46,861 bases of DNA. Source: Candidatus Muiribacteriota bacterium (lineage in GTDB: Bacteria; Muiribacteriota; Muiribacteriia; Muiribacteriales; Muiribacteriaceae). Under the pieces are notes generated by a model that saw nothing but the letters and a program-made list of their open reading frames with translations, had not been told where the DNA came from and searched no databases. Shown here one piece after another: positions 28,634 to 37,172 of this stretch (positions within the stretch are counted from its first letter, which is position 1; the number at the start of each line of letters is the position of its first letter). The translations under genes and the position numbers were made by a program. The stretch lies in assembly GCA_051747805.1 (NCBI GenBank), contig JBNJGP010000008.1:1-46861 (forward strand), given 5' to 3'.

Positions 28634-29602
28634 TTAAAAAAACACTAATATAAACCCCAGCAGAAAACAAAATAACAAAGTCGGTATTGCGTACTTAATT
28701 TCTTTTTTTACACCAGAATAAGAAGTATATGTTGAACTACCAGTGAAATTTAAAGCTAAATAAGAAATATAAGCAGTTAATAATAATAAAACTCCGCTTT
28801 TTTCATAAAAACTATGAAAATTAAATAAATATCCATATTTAAAAATTAATAATCCATAAATAAAACCAACAAAAAATCCTTTCAGTGAAAAAGCTCTGAA
28901 AGGAATATATGGAAGCAATGCAGGAATTAAAACACAACCAATAAATAAAGCCCCAGCAAAAGGAATTAAATCATAAAAAATCATATCAAAGTTATTATTT
29001 TGAAAAAAATTTTTAATAAGAAAAATAATTATAAATACAGGAAAATATTTTAAAGAAAGTATAATTTCAACAGGAGTAAGAACCAAACGATCTTTTAAAT
29101 TAAATTCAACCTGCCTCACTTTATCATCTGCTATACAATTATTTTTTAAAAAAAGCGGAATATCATCAGCACGAACAGGACCAAAAATTACATTAAATCC
29201 TGTTTCTTTTTTAACTTTAAACCCGCATATTCCAGAAGCTCCCAGTTGAGGAATAATAATATTATTATGATTAATAACTTTTTTTATATTCAACTCATTT
29301 ATTTTATCAATTATCTGACTTGTTCCGAAAGTACCTTTACCTGCTGCACACCATACATTAATACCATTTGTATCAAGCACTAAAAGCCAGCAATTTATAC
29401 CTTTCAAGCTCTCTCTTAAACAATCCACACTCAGCTTATAATTTGAAGTAACTAGCAAATGAGAATTTTCATCCGGATTTCCAATTTTATATAAACCCGG
29501 ATTAAAACAGTAACTCATCCTACTAAAACCAATTTTTGCTAAAATCCAGATTATTTTATCATAAACAGTTAAATTGCATGATAATTTTTTTATCTCTTTC
29601 AT
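28634..29602 (-). CDS. hgcA: Mercury methylation corrinoid protein HgcA
   Basis: PGLYKIGNP, TSNYKLS, cap-helix GINVWCAAGKGTFG, PQLGA, GPVRA, C-terminal TM domain with LNFTGSSTYTS. Confidence 0.96.
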   Translation of the reverse strand: MKEIKKLSCNLTVYDKIIWILAKIGFSRMSYCFNPGLYKIGNPDENSHLLVTSNYKLSVDCLRESLKGINCWLLVLDTNGINVWCAAGKGTFGTSQIIDKINELNIKKVINHNNIIIPQLGASGICGFKVKKETGFNVIFGPVRADDIPLFLKNNCIADDKVRQVEFNLKDRLVLTPVEIILSLKYFPVFIIIFLIKNFFQNNNFDMIFYDLIPFAGALFIGCVLIPALLPYIPFRAFSLKGFFVGFIYGLLIFKYGYLFNFHSFYEKSGVLLLLTAYISYLALNFTGSSTYTSYSGVKKEIKYAIPTLLFCFLLGFILVFF

Positions 29603-29619
29603 TAAATATCCTTTTATAA

Positions 29620-29961
29620 TTAAACGTCATTACACTCCATCTCATTTAATCTTTTTAAATCTAATTCACAAATAGAATTCTTATCCTCTTCGATTAATTT
29701 AACAATATCTAAAAGTACTGGATTTTTTTTGACTGAATCAGAAATAAAATAATAACTCCATTTTTCTTTTTTAAATTTATTTACAAAACAACTATTATTA
29801 ACCAGATACTGAAGATGACGGGAAACCTTGCTTTGACTTTCATCCAATGCAGATTCAATTTCACATGCACATAAGTGTTTATGTTTCATTAAAAGATAAA
29901 CAATTCTAATTCTTACAGGCTCAGACAACCCCTTATGAAAAGCTGCCAAATCATTTAACAT
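29620..29961 (-). CDS. arsR: ArsR family regulator at the head of the hgcAB operon
   Basis: KGLSEPVRIRI, LCACEI, SQSKVSRHL, WSYY. Start at ATG 29961. Confidence 0.9.
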   Translation of the reverse strand: MLNDLAAFHKGLSEPVRIRIVYLLMKHKHLCACEIESALDESQSKVSRHLQYLVNNSCFVNKFKKEKWSYYFISDSVKKNPVLLDIVKLIEEDKNSICELDLKRLNEMECNDV

Positions 29962-30001
29962 AATCTTACCACCATCACTAATCCTCCTAAATAATATCAC
30001 A

Positions 30002-30073
30002 CATAACCGCATAAACGGTTAAACGTTTAACCGTTTATACGATTATGATACTTTAAAAAAATATTATTGTCAA
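30002..30073 (-). promoter_or_regulatory. Promoter and palindromic operator of arsR-hgcA-hgcB
   Basis: TTGACA (30073-30068), 17 nt, TATCAT, then the perfect 28-bp palindrome ATAAACGGTTAAACGTTTAACCGTTTAT (30011-30038). Confidence 0.8.
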
Positions 30074-30123
30074 TTTTTTTTATTCTAAACCAACATTTTT
30101 AATAGGAAAAAAGGAATAAAAAT

Positions 30124-30522
30124 TTATAATAGTTGCGGTAAAGTTTTTATAAATTCCAAAATTTCATCTCTAACATTTCTATATCCAGCAATTCCCACTC
30201 CTAAAGCTGGCGGATCTGGAAACCCTTTATGAATCATTTTTTTCGCCCCTGTAAAAATTGGACAGCTTTCTTTTGCATTATCACATACAGTTATAACTAA
30301 ATCGATTTTTTTGTCTAAAAATTCATCTAGATGCTTTGAGCGATTATTTGATATATCAATTCCTATTTCTCTTAAAACCTCAACTGCTTTTGAATCAACT
30401 CGTGATGGATTTGAACCTGCCGAATAAATTTCGTATTTATCTTTGAACAATTGTTTTGCTAAACCTTCCGCCATCTGACTACGACATGAATTTGCTGTGC
30501 AGAGAAATAAAATTTTTTTCAT
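30124..30522 (-). CDS. arsC: Arsenate reductase, LMW-PTP family
   Basis: CTANSCRSQMAEG, VITVCDNAKESCP, FPDP. Confidence 0.93.
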   Translation of the reverse strand: MKKILFLCTANSCRSQMAEGLAKQLFKDKYEIYSAGSNPSRVDSKAVEVLREIGIDISNNRSKHLDEFLDKKIDLVITVCDNAKESCPIFTGAKKMIHKGFPDPPALGVGIAGYRNVRDEILEFIKTLPQLL

Positions 30523-30534
30523 TATATCTCCTTA

Positions 30535-31830
30535 TCAACCATAAAATTGACCAAATATTATTCCCGCAATTGTCGCCATAACTACAACAATACTTACAAA
30601 AACTACAGTTTTTTTTGTTCCAAGAACACTTCTTATAACAAGCATATTCGGAAGTGATAAAGCTGGACCGGCAAGCAGAAGCGCAAGAGCAGGTCCTTTT
30701 CCCATTCCATTACCAATAAGTCCCTCTAAAATTGGTACCTCTGTTAAAGTTGCAAAATACATAAATGCGCCCGCGATAGAGGCAAAAAAGTTAGCCCAAA
30801 GCGAATTACCACCAACAGCCATATTTACCCATTCTGATGGAATTATTCCCTCAAAACCAGGACGACCAAGTAAAAATCCAGCAATAATAACTCCAAAAAA
30901 CAGGAGCGGAACAATCTGTTTAGTATACCACCAAGTTTCTTCAAGCCAGCTGGAACCTTCCCCATGTGAGTATTTCAAAGCTATACCTAAACCAGTAATT
31001 CCAGCAATAAATGAAATTATAGGCTCACCAAAAATTGAATGAAAAACCACAATTAACGCTAAATTCATAATTAAAAGCGGTCCACTGACACCATACCAGA
31101 TAAACAGCACAAGAAACATTAATCCTGATAAAATTGAAGTAATCACCCACTTCATATTCCATATTTCATACCATAACCCAGATTCCTGTGCCGGAGCAGC
31201 CCAGTTTGCAAAAATAAGTATTCCAATTAAAAATATAAAAAGAAAAAATGTCTGATAAACAGGCTTTACATCTTCATTATAGTCTTTGTTAAAATAATCT
31301 ATTTCTTTCTGCCTTTTAACTTCAGCACCTCTAAAAAAGAAAGCCATAAGTAACCCAACAATAATACTGAATAAGATAGAAATAACAGCCCGGGCAATAC
31401 CCAGTTCAGGTCCCAGCACCCGTGCAGTTAAAATAATAGCTAAAATGTTAATAGCCGGTCCAGAATATAAAAATGTGGTAGCAGGACCCAGCCCAGCTCC
31501 CATTTTATAAATACTGGAAAATAATGGTAATACCGTGCAGGAACAAACCGCAAGAATGCTGCCTGATACTGAAGCAACACCATATGCTATTGGTTTAGGT
31601 GCTTTGGGACCTAAAAATTTTATAATTGCTCCTTGACTTAAAAATATAGCCACAGCGCCGGCAATAAAAAATGCCGGAATCAAACAGAAAACAACGTGTT
31701 CTCTGGCATAATCCTGAATCAGATGAAATGATTCAAAAACAGCGCCTTCAAACCTTGCATTCTCAATTGGAATAAAGTAAAAAATTCCAAAAACTACCAG
31801 AAATAATACCAAAATCTTCAGCTCTTTCAT
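30535..31830 (-). CDS. arsP: ArsP-family (DUF318) permease
   Basis: HVVFCLIPAFFIAG, AVCSCTVLP, FLYSGPAIN, MYFATLTEVP, GPALSLP. Confidence 0.88.
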   Translation of the reverse strand: MKELKILVLFLVVFGIFYFIPIENARFEGAVFESFHLIQDYAREHVVFCLIPAFFIAGAVAIFLSQGAIIKFLGPKAPKPIAYGVASVSGSILAVCSCTVLPLFSSIYKMGAGLGPATTFLYSGPAINILAIILTARVLGPELGIARAVISILFSIIVGLLMAFFFRGAEVKRQKEIDYFNKDYNEDVKPVYQTFFLFIFLIGILIFANWAAPAQESGLWYEIWNMKWVITSILSGLMFLVLFIWYGVSGPLLIMNLALIVVFHSIFGEPIISFIAGITGLGIALKYSHGEGSSWLEETWWYTKQIVPLLFFGVIIAGFLLGRPGFEGIIPSEWVNMAVGGNSLWANFFASIAGAFMYFATLTEVPILEGLIGNGMGKGPALALLLAGPALSLPNMLVIRSVLGTKKTVVFVSIVVVMATIAGIIFGQFYG

Positions 31831-31885
31831 TATTAACTCCTTTGTTAAATATTTTAATAAGTTTCCTGAAAAATTTTATTGTTTT

Positions 31886-31910
31886 ATTTTGCTATTTGGC
31901 AAAATATACA
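31886..31910. promoter_or_regulatory. Copy of the 25-bp putative ArsR operator, upstream of the permease
   Basis: Reverse complement TGTATATTTTGCCAAATAGCAAAAT, 23/25 identical to 32290-32314. Confidence 0.7.
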
Positions 31911-31949
31911 AATAAACTAACTCAAATTAATTTTTTTTATTGGAATTAT

Positions 31950-32288
31950 TCAAAGTTTACAATTTTTATATTCTTTAACAATATTATTGGTTTTTGAATT
32001 ACTTTCTTTAACAAATTCATTTAAACAATCAAAGAAATTATTAATACATTTAATTTTAAGAAAATAATGTACATAAAGTCCTTTTTTTGTAAAACCAATT
32101 ATTCCAGCATTTTTCAGCACTGTAAGGTGTCTTGATACTGTTGACATATCAGTTCCAATTAATTTTGTTAGGTTCTGAACACACTCAGGTTGATTATTTA
32201 AAATTTCGACAATATATAATCTGGCCGGATGTGCCAGAGCCTTAAATATTTTTGCCCTAATTTTATAGTCTTCGTTAAATTTCTTCAT
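31950..32288 (-). CDS. arsR: ArsR/SmtB family regulator
   Basis: FKALAHPARL, ECVQNL, STVSRHLTVLK, KCINNFFDC. True start is probably ATG 32288. Confidence 0.9.
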   Translation of the reverse strand: MKKFNEDYKIRAKIFKALAHPARLYIVEILNNQPECVQNLTKLIGTDMSTVSRHLTVLKNAGIIGFTKKGLYVHYFLKIKCINNFFDCLNEFVKESNSKTNNIVKEYKNCKL

Positions 32289-32289
32289 A

Positions 32290-32323
32290 TGTCTATTTTG
32301 CCAAATAGCCAAATAGTTGTCAA
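32290..32323 (-). promoter_or_regulatory. Leaderless-type promoter overlapped by the ArsR operator
   Basis: TTGACA (32323-32318), 17 nt, CAAAAT, 6 nt, ATG. The motif TGTCTATTTTGCCAAATAGCCAAAT covers the spacer and the -10. Confidence 0.72.
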
Positions 32324-32454
32324 GTATTTTTTTAAAAAATATCTTCAAATTAAAATTTTTATTTTCAATTATTGTAATGGATTTTGATACATTCATTTTT
32401 GGCACATTATTTGCATAAGCTTTTTTTGTATTATATAATAAATGGAGTTTGTTA

Positions 32455-33078
32455 ATGAAAAAAAGATTTATCTACATTAGTTTTATTTTATTTATGAGTG
32501 TTCTAATTATGGGGTTTGAACAGAATTTTACTGATGAATCAATAAAATTTTCTGAAACTATCAAAAACGGAAATATTCTTGTTAAAATCAATTACTTTGG
32601 TTATTTAAACGGGAATGTTTCAATAAGATACGGTATAAATGGATGGCAGAATATTAAAACTATTGAATTAGATGATAATTATTCTGTTTTAATTATTTTA
32701 CCTAGAAATACAGCTCAACTTGATTTTTGTTTTAAAAATAAAAAAGAATGGGATAATAATAATGAATATAACTGGAATATTAGATTAAAAAATTTTCTTA
32801 CTTCTTCATTTATATCTGATATTGGAGAATTTCTGGATAAATATGACTATATTGTTATGACTCAAAATAAAATCAAAAATTATATTTCTATGCTTGAAAA
32901 TACAAATCAATACAGTCAAACTGATTTAAATAAACTTGGGGTATTAAGGAATTTATATGATTTCGGAAATATGCTAAATGGTGGTGTTTTATATGCTCAA
33001 AAATCAGACAATGAAGATGAAAAAGCAGACATTATTAAAGACTTTAAATATTATCAGAAGATGTCTGAAGGTATTTGA
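32455..33078 (+). CDS. Secreted protein with a starch-binding (CBM25/CBM53-like) module
   Basis: Signal peptide; IRYGINGWQN...LDFCFKN..EWDNNN..NW pattern. Confidence 0.7.
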   Translation: MKKRFIYISFILFMSVLIMGFEQNFTDESIKFSETIKNGNILVKINYFGYLNGNVSIRYGINGWQNIKTIELDDNYSVLIILPRNTAQLDFCFKNKKEWDNNNEYNWNIRLKNFLTSSFISDIGEFLDKYDYIVMTQNKIKNYISMLENTNQYSQTDLNKLGVLRNLYDFGNMLNGGVLYAQKSDNEDEKADIIKDFKYYQKMSEGI

Positions 33079-33142
33079 TACATTCTAAATTTATTTTATT
33101 TATTTTGAACTTATCAAAAACTGCTAAAAAAACAAGTATTAA

Positions 33143-33175
33143 AAAGCCGTATTCAGAATAAATGAATACGGCTTT
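33143..33175. terminator. Rho-independent terminator after hcp, probably bidirectional
   Basis: AAAGCCGTATTCA-GAATAAA-TGAATACGGCTTT. Confidence 0.85.
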
Positions 33176-33187
33176 AGAATTATTTAT

Positions 33188-34846
33188 TTATCTGCTCATT
33201 TCTGCTTCATTTCCAAGAATAGATTTGATATCTTCTTCAGGAGTTGTTACAGGTAAAAGATTAAAATTGTCTTTTAAAACTGTATAAACTTCTGGTTTTA
33301 CAAATGCAGGCATAGTTGGTCCAAGACGCATATTTTTAATACCTAAATGCAATAGTGATAATAAAATTACCACCGCCTTCTGTTCATACCAGCTTAAAAT
33401 AAAAGACAATGGAAGTGAATTAACATCTGTTTCAAAAGCATCAGCCAGAGCTAAAGCAATTTTCACAGCTGAATAAGCATCATTACACTGTCCAATATCC
33501 ATTAATCTGGGGAGTTCCCCGATGTTTCCAAAATCAATTTTATTAAATCTGTATTTTCCGCATGCCAGTGTTAAAATCACAGTGTCCTTTGGCAGTTTCT
33601 GTGTGAAATCAGTATAATAGTTTCTTCCTGGTTTTGCTCCATCACAACCACCAACAAGGAAAAAATGTTTAATATCTCCGCCTTTTACAGCATCAATAAC
33701 TTTATCAGCGACCGATAGAACTGTGTTTCTTCCAAATCCTACGATTATATTTTTTTCTTCTGCATTTTCAGAAAATCCTGGCTCAACAAGGGCTTTTTGA
33801 ATTACAGGAGTAAAATCTTTACTTTCATCAATATGTTTTACACCATCCCAGGCAACAAGACCGGTTGTAAAAATCCTGTCTTTATAGCTTTCTTTTGGTT
33901 TTTGAATACAGTTAGTTGTCATTAAAATTGGACCAGGAAACTCATCAAATTCTTTCTGTTGATCCTGCCATGCCCCGCCATAATTCCCAATAAGATGAGA
34001 ATATTTTTTAAGCTCAGGGTAAGAGTTTGTTGGAAGCATTTCTCCGTGAGTATAAACATTTACATCCTTGCCTTCTGTCTGCTCTAACAATAGGGCTAAA
34101 TCTTTCAAATCATGTCCTGATACTAAAATAGCTTTACCTTTCACCGGAGTTATTCTAACCTCTGTGGGTTCCGGATGTCCATATGTTCCAGTATTTCCAG
34201 CATCAAGCATTTCCATTACCCTGATATTTACTTCACCAACTTTTAAAGATTTCTGTACTAATTCGTCCACCTCAAAACTATCCTTTGTTAAAAATTCAAG
34301 TGTTTGATGGAAAAATTCATAAACAGAATCATCATCCTGGCCTAAAATATGAGCATGGTCACCATATGCTGCCATACCTTTTAATCCATAAATTATTAAA
34401 TGAATTAAACCGGCCTTCTCGGGTCCAAATTTTTCAATATCTTTGTCGAAACTAACCTGTTTTCCCATTTCTTCGGGATTTGATTTTAATTCAAAATTAC
34501 ATTCATCTGGTAAATCCTTGGTATTTAATCCTTTATTTTCTGCAATCTCATAATATTTTCTTTTTTCATCTTTAATAAATTCTTCTGTTTTTTGAAGAAG
34601 CTCTTTAATTCTTGAATTATCAAAATTTACATTTGTAACAGTTGAAAATAAATTTCTTAAAACAAGAACATCCGCCTCACGATTTGTTTCTCCTCCCCTT
34701 CTTAACCTCGCTTCAAGTGTTCCAAGACCTTTTGTTGCATAAATAAGCAAATCCTGAAGATCAGAAGTTTCTGGAGCTTTTCCACAAACACCCCATTTGT
34801 CACAACCTGTTCCTTTTGCTGTTTGTTCACATTGATAACAAAACAT
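33188..34846 (-). CDS. hcp: Hybrid cluster protein (hydroxylamine/NO reductase)
   Basis: MFCYQCEQT...GC...GVCGK, SGHDL, THGEMLP, TTNC, GGCDG, GQCND, SWYEQKA. Confidence 0.97.
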   Translation of the reverse strand: MFCYQCEQTAKGTGCDKWGVCGKAPETSDLQDLLIYATKGLGTLEARLRRGGETNREADVLVLRNLFSTVTNVNFDNSRIKELLQKTEEFIKDEKRKYYEIAENKGLNTKDLPDECNFELKSNPEEMGKQVSFDKDIEKFGPEKAGLIHLIIYGLKGMAAYGDHAHILGQDDDSVYEFFHQTLEFLTKDSFEVDELVQKSLKVGEVNIRVMEMLDAGNTGTYGHPEPTEVRITPVKGKAILVSGHDLKDLALLLEQTEGKDVNVYTHGEMLPTNSYPELKKYSHLIGNYGGAWQDQQKEFDEFPGPILMTTNCIQKPKESYKDRIFTTGLVAWDGVKHIDESKDFTPVIQKALVEPGFSENAEEKNIIVGFGRNTVLSVADKVIDAVKGGDIKHFFLVGGCDGAKPGRNYYTDFTQKLPKDTVILTLACGKYRFNKIDFGNIGELPRLMDIGQCNDAYSAVKIALALADAFETDVNSLPLSFILSWYEQKAVVILLSLLHLGIKNMRLGPTMPAFVKPEVYTVLKDNFNLLPVTTPEEDIKSILGNEAEMSR

Positions 34847-34906
34847 TTACTCTCCTCCTTTTTTAAATTTAAAACTGTCAGAATTTTTCTGACACACTTA
34901 AAGAAA

Positions 34907-35737
34907 TTATTTTATTTCACCATTTATTCCAATAATATATTCTTTAACAATTATATTTTTACTGGATTTTTTTAAGGCCTCTTCAACAATAGCTGTTGTT
35001 CCACCACAGCACGGCACTTCCATTCTTATTATAGTAATTGATTTAATGTTGTTTTCTTTAAAAATCATGGTTAGCTTATCAACATATATTTCATAATTTT
35101 TATCAAGTTTTGGGCAAAATATAATAGGAACTTTTCCTTTCATAAATCTATTGTGAAAATTACCATAAGAAAAAGCTGTACAGTCGGCAGCAATAAGTAA
35201 TTCAGCCGATTCAAAAAATCCCCCCATGGGCGAAACCAATGTTAACTGCACTGGCCAGCTGGTAAGTTGACTGTCTATATTAGAATAAATATCCGCAGAT
35301 TTATTACCCGTATTTTTATTTATAGTCTGCTCTTTAGCCGAAGGACAACCGCATTTGTCCACAGAGTTACCTTTTGTCTTAATTTCAGGAACATTCATAT
35401 TATTTTTTTTTAAATATTCTATTCCCTGATTATAATATTTAACCTGACCGTGATATAGAAGGTGTTTTAAATGTGCTTTGACAGTATTTTGACCATGTTT
35501 TACAATATTTTCCATTGTTTTATACTCATCATAAGGAGCAGCCTCTCGTTCTTCTACAGAAATGGCATTAACCGGACAAGAACCTATGCATTCGCCTAAT
35601 CCATCACAAAAAATTTCATTAACCAATCTTGCTTTGCCATCTATTAACTGAATAGCTCCCTCAGGACATCCATCTGTACAAAGTCCGCAACCATTACATA
35701 AATCCTGATTAATTGAAATTATTTTTCTTTTTGGCAT
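34907..35737 (-). CDS. 4Fe-4S dicluster protein of the type commonly linked to hcp
   Basis: CNGCGLC...CPEGA, CDGLGECIGSCP, WPVQL, AADC, CPKLD, MEVPCC. Confidence 0.88.
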   Translation of the reverse strand: MPKRKIISINQDLCNGCGLCTDGCPEGAIQLIDGKARLVNEIFCDGLGECIGSCPVNAISVEEREAAPYDEYKTMENIVKHGQNTVKAHLKHLLYHGQVKYYNQGIEYLKKNNMNVPEIKTKGNSVDKCGCPSAKEQTINKNTGNKSADIYSNIDSQLTSWPVQLTLVSPMGGFFESAELLIAADCTAFSYGNFHNRFMKGKVPIIFCPKLDKNYEIYVDKLTMIFKENNIKSITIIRMEVPCCGGTTAIVEEALKKSSKNIIVKEYIIGINGEIK

Positions 35738-35745
35738 TTTACCTC

Positions 35746-36156
35746 CTAACTCACTTTATTAATTAAACTTTTTAACTTTACTGAATCTAAAAAGTTTTCC
35801 AGCTCTTTATTTAAATTTGGAATTGTATTTCCAAGCACGCATTCAGAAAAAGGACAAATTGTCCTGCTCATTGGACATGATAAATTTTTACCCTTTCCTT
35901 CTATAACAATATATATATCAAGAAGACTCATATTTTCAGCCCCATCAACAAGATAAAACCCTCCATTAGGACCACGGGTGGAACCAACAACATCAGCTCT
36001 TGCAAGTTTTTGAAAAACTTTTGAAACAGTATTACTATAGGAGCCAATTTCTTGAGCAATCTGTTTTGAGTTAATTTTTCTGGGATAATTTTTAGCTATA
36101 ACACCAATTCCATGAACTGCTATGGCAACGCTTTCTGAAAAATTTATCAAATTCAT
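35746..36156 (-). CDS. Rrf2 family transcriptional regulator with three Cys
   Basis: STRGPNGGF, SLLDIY..IEG, C.....C....C cluster ligands. Confidence 0.92.
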   Translation of the reverse strand: MNLINFSESVAIAVHGIGVIAKNYPRKINSKQIAQEIGSYSNTVSKVFQKLARADVVGSTRGPNGGFYLVDGAENMSLLDIYIVIEGKGKNLSCPMSRTICPFSECVLGNTIPNLNKELENFLDSVKLKSLINKVS

Positions 36157-36180
36157 TTTTGCTGTTTCTCCTTTTCGGCA

Positions 36181-36237
36181 TTTAGGTATTTAATTACCTT
36201 ATATAATTAAGGTAACCGATTACCTAAATTTTGTCAA
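36181..36237 (-). promoter_or_regulatory. Promoter with two tandem palindromic Rrf2-type boxes
   Basis: AGGTA-N6-TACCT at 36184-36199 and 36210-36225; TTGACA at 36237-36232. Confidence 0.7.
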
Positions 36238-36422
36238 CTTATTTTAAAGTTTTTTTTATTTGTAAATCCTTTTTATTAGCTATTTTAAAAATCACACTTA
36301 ACTTATAGGGATTTTTAAAATAATTTTTTATATTAAAATTTTTAATTATAATGGATTTTTTATAGAGTATTAGAATAAAGAAATTATATATTTATCTTTT
36401 ATTAAAAATTTTTTAAACAATA

Positions 36423-37160
36423 TTATTTAAAGTTGTTCGCTCTGCCTAAATAATAGTCTCTTTCCTGTTTCAAAAATTTTTCTATTGAATATCTAAGCAT
36501 AACCCTGGGCATTTTATCTTTATACTTTTCTAAAAAATTTTTTAATCTTTTTTCATCTCTTTTACCAGCCTCACGAAGCATCCATCCCACAGCTTTATGA
36601 ATTAAATGATGAGAATCTTTTAAAAGTTTTGGGGCAATTCTAAAAATATCATCTAAATCTTTGTTTTTAATAAAATAAAACGTTGAAACAACCCCAACTC
36701 TTCTTATCCAGATATTATCGTTTCTTATCCACTTATATAAAATATCTCTGTTTCTGTTAAATTCATAAATATATTTTCCTGCAATTTTATAGGCGGAAGC
36801 ATCGACTAAATCCCAGTTATTGACCCATTTCAGGTTCTGAACATAAAATTTATAATATTTCTTTTTATTTACAGAATCCGCTTTATCAAAAAGTTTAATT
36901 AAAATAAAAAGTCCGGTAAGACGACATTCGTGAATTTTATTTTGAATTAACTTTTGTAATGTTTTTAAATCACAATCTTTATAATATTTTTTGGCTATTT
37001 TCCTTTGCACCGGAACTCTTACACCTAAAAAAATATCTCCTTTACCATAACCAGACTCTGAAATCTGCAAAAAACTTTTAACCTTTTCCATTTTCTCTGA
37101 ATCATAATGTATATTTTGTTTTAATTCATTTAAAATTTCATTTAATAGCATCTTCCCCAC
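36423..37160 (-). CDS. DNA alkylation repair protein (AlkD-like HEAT-repeat glycosylase)
   Basis: FLGVRVP, NNWDLVD, WIRR, HKAVGWMLRE, RVMLRYSIE. Confidence 0.9.
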   Translation of the reverse strand: MGKMLLNEILNELKQNIHYDSEKMEKVKSFLQISESGYGKGDIFLGVRVPVQRKIAKKYYKDCDLKTLQKLIQNKIHECRLTGLFILIKLFDKADSVNKKKYYKFYVQNLKWVNNWDLVDASAYKIAGKYIYEFNRNRDILYKWIRNDNIWIRRVGVVSTFYFIKNKDLDDIFRIAPKLLKDSHHLIHKAVGWMLREAGKRDEKRLKNFLEKYKDKMPRVMLRYSIEKFLKQERDYYLGRANNFK

Positions 37161-37172
37161 CTTACCTTATTT

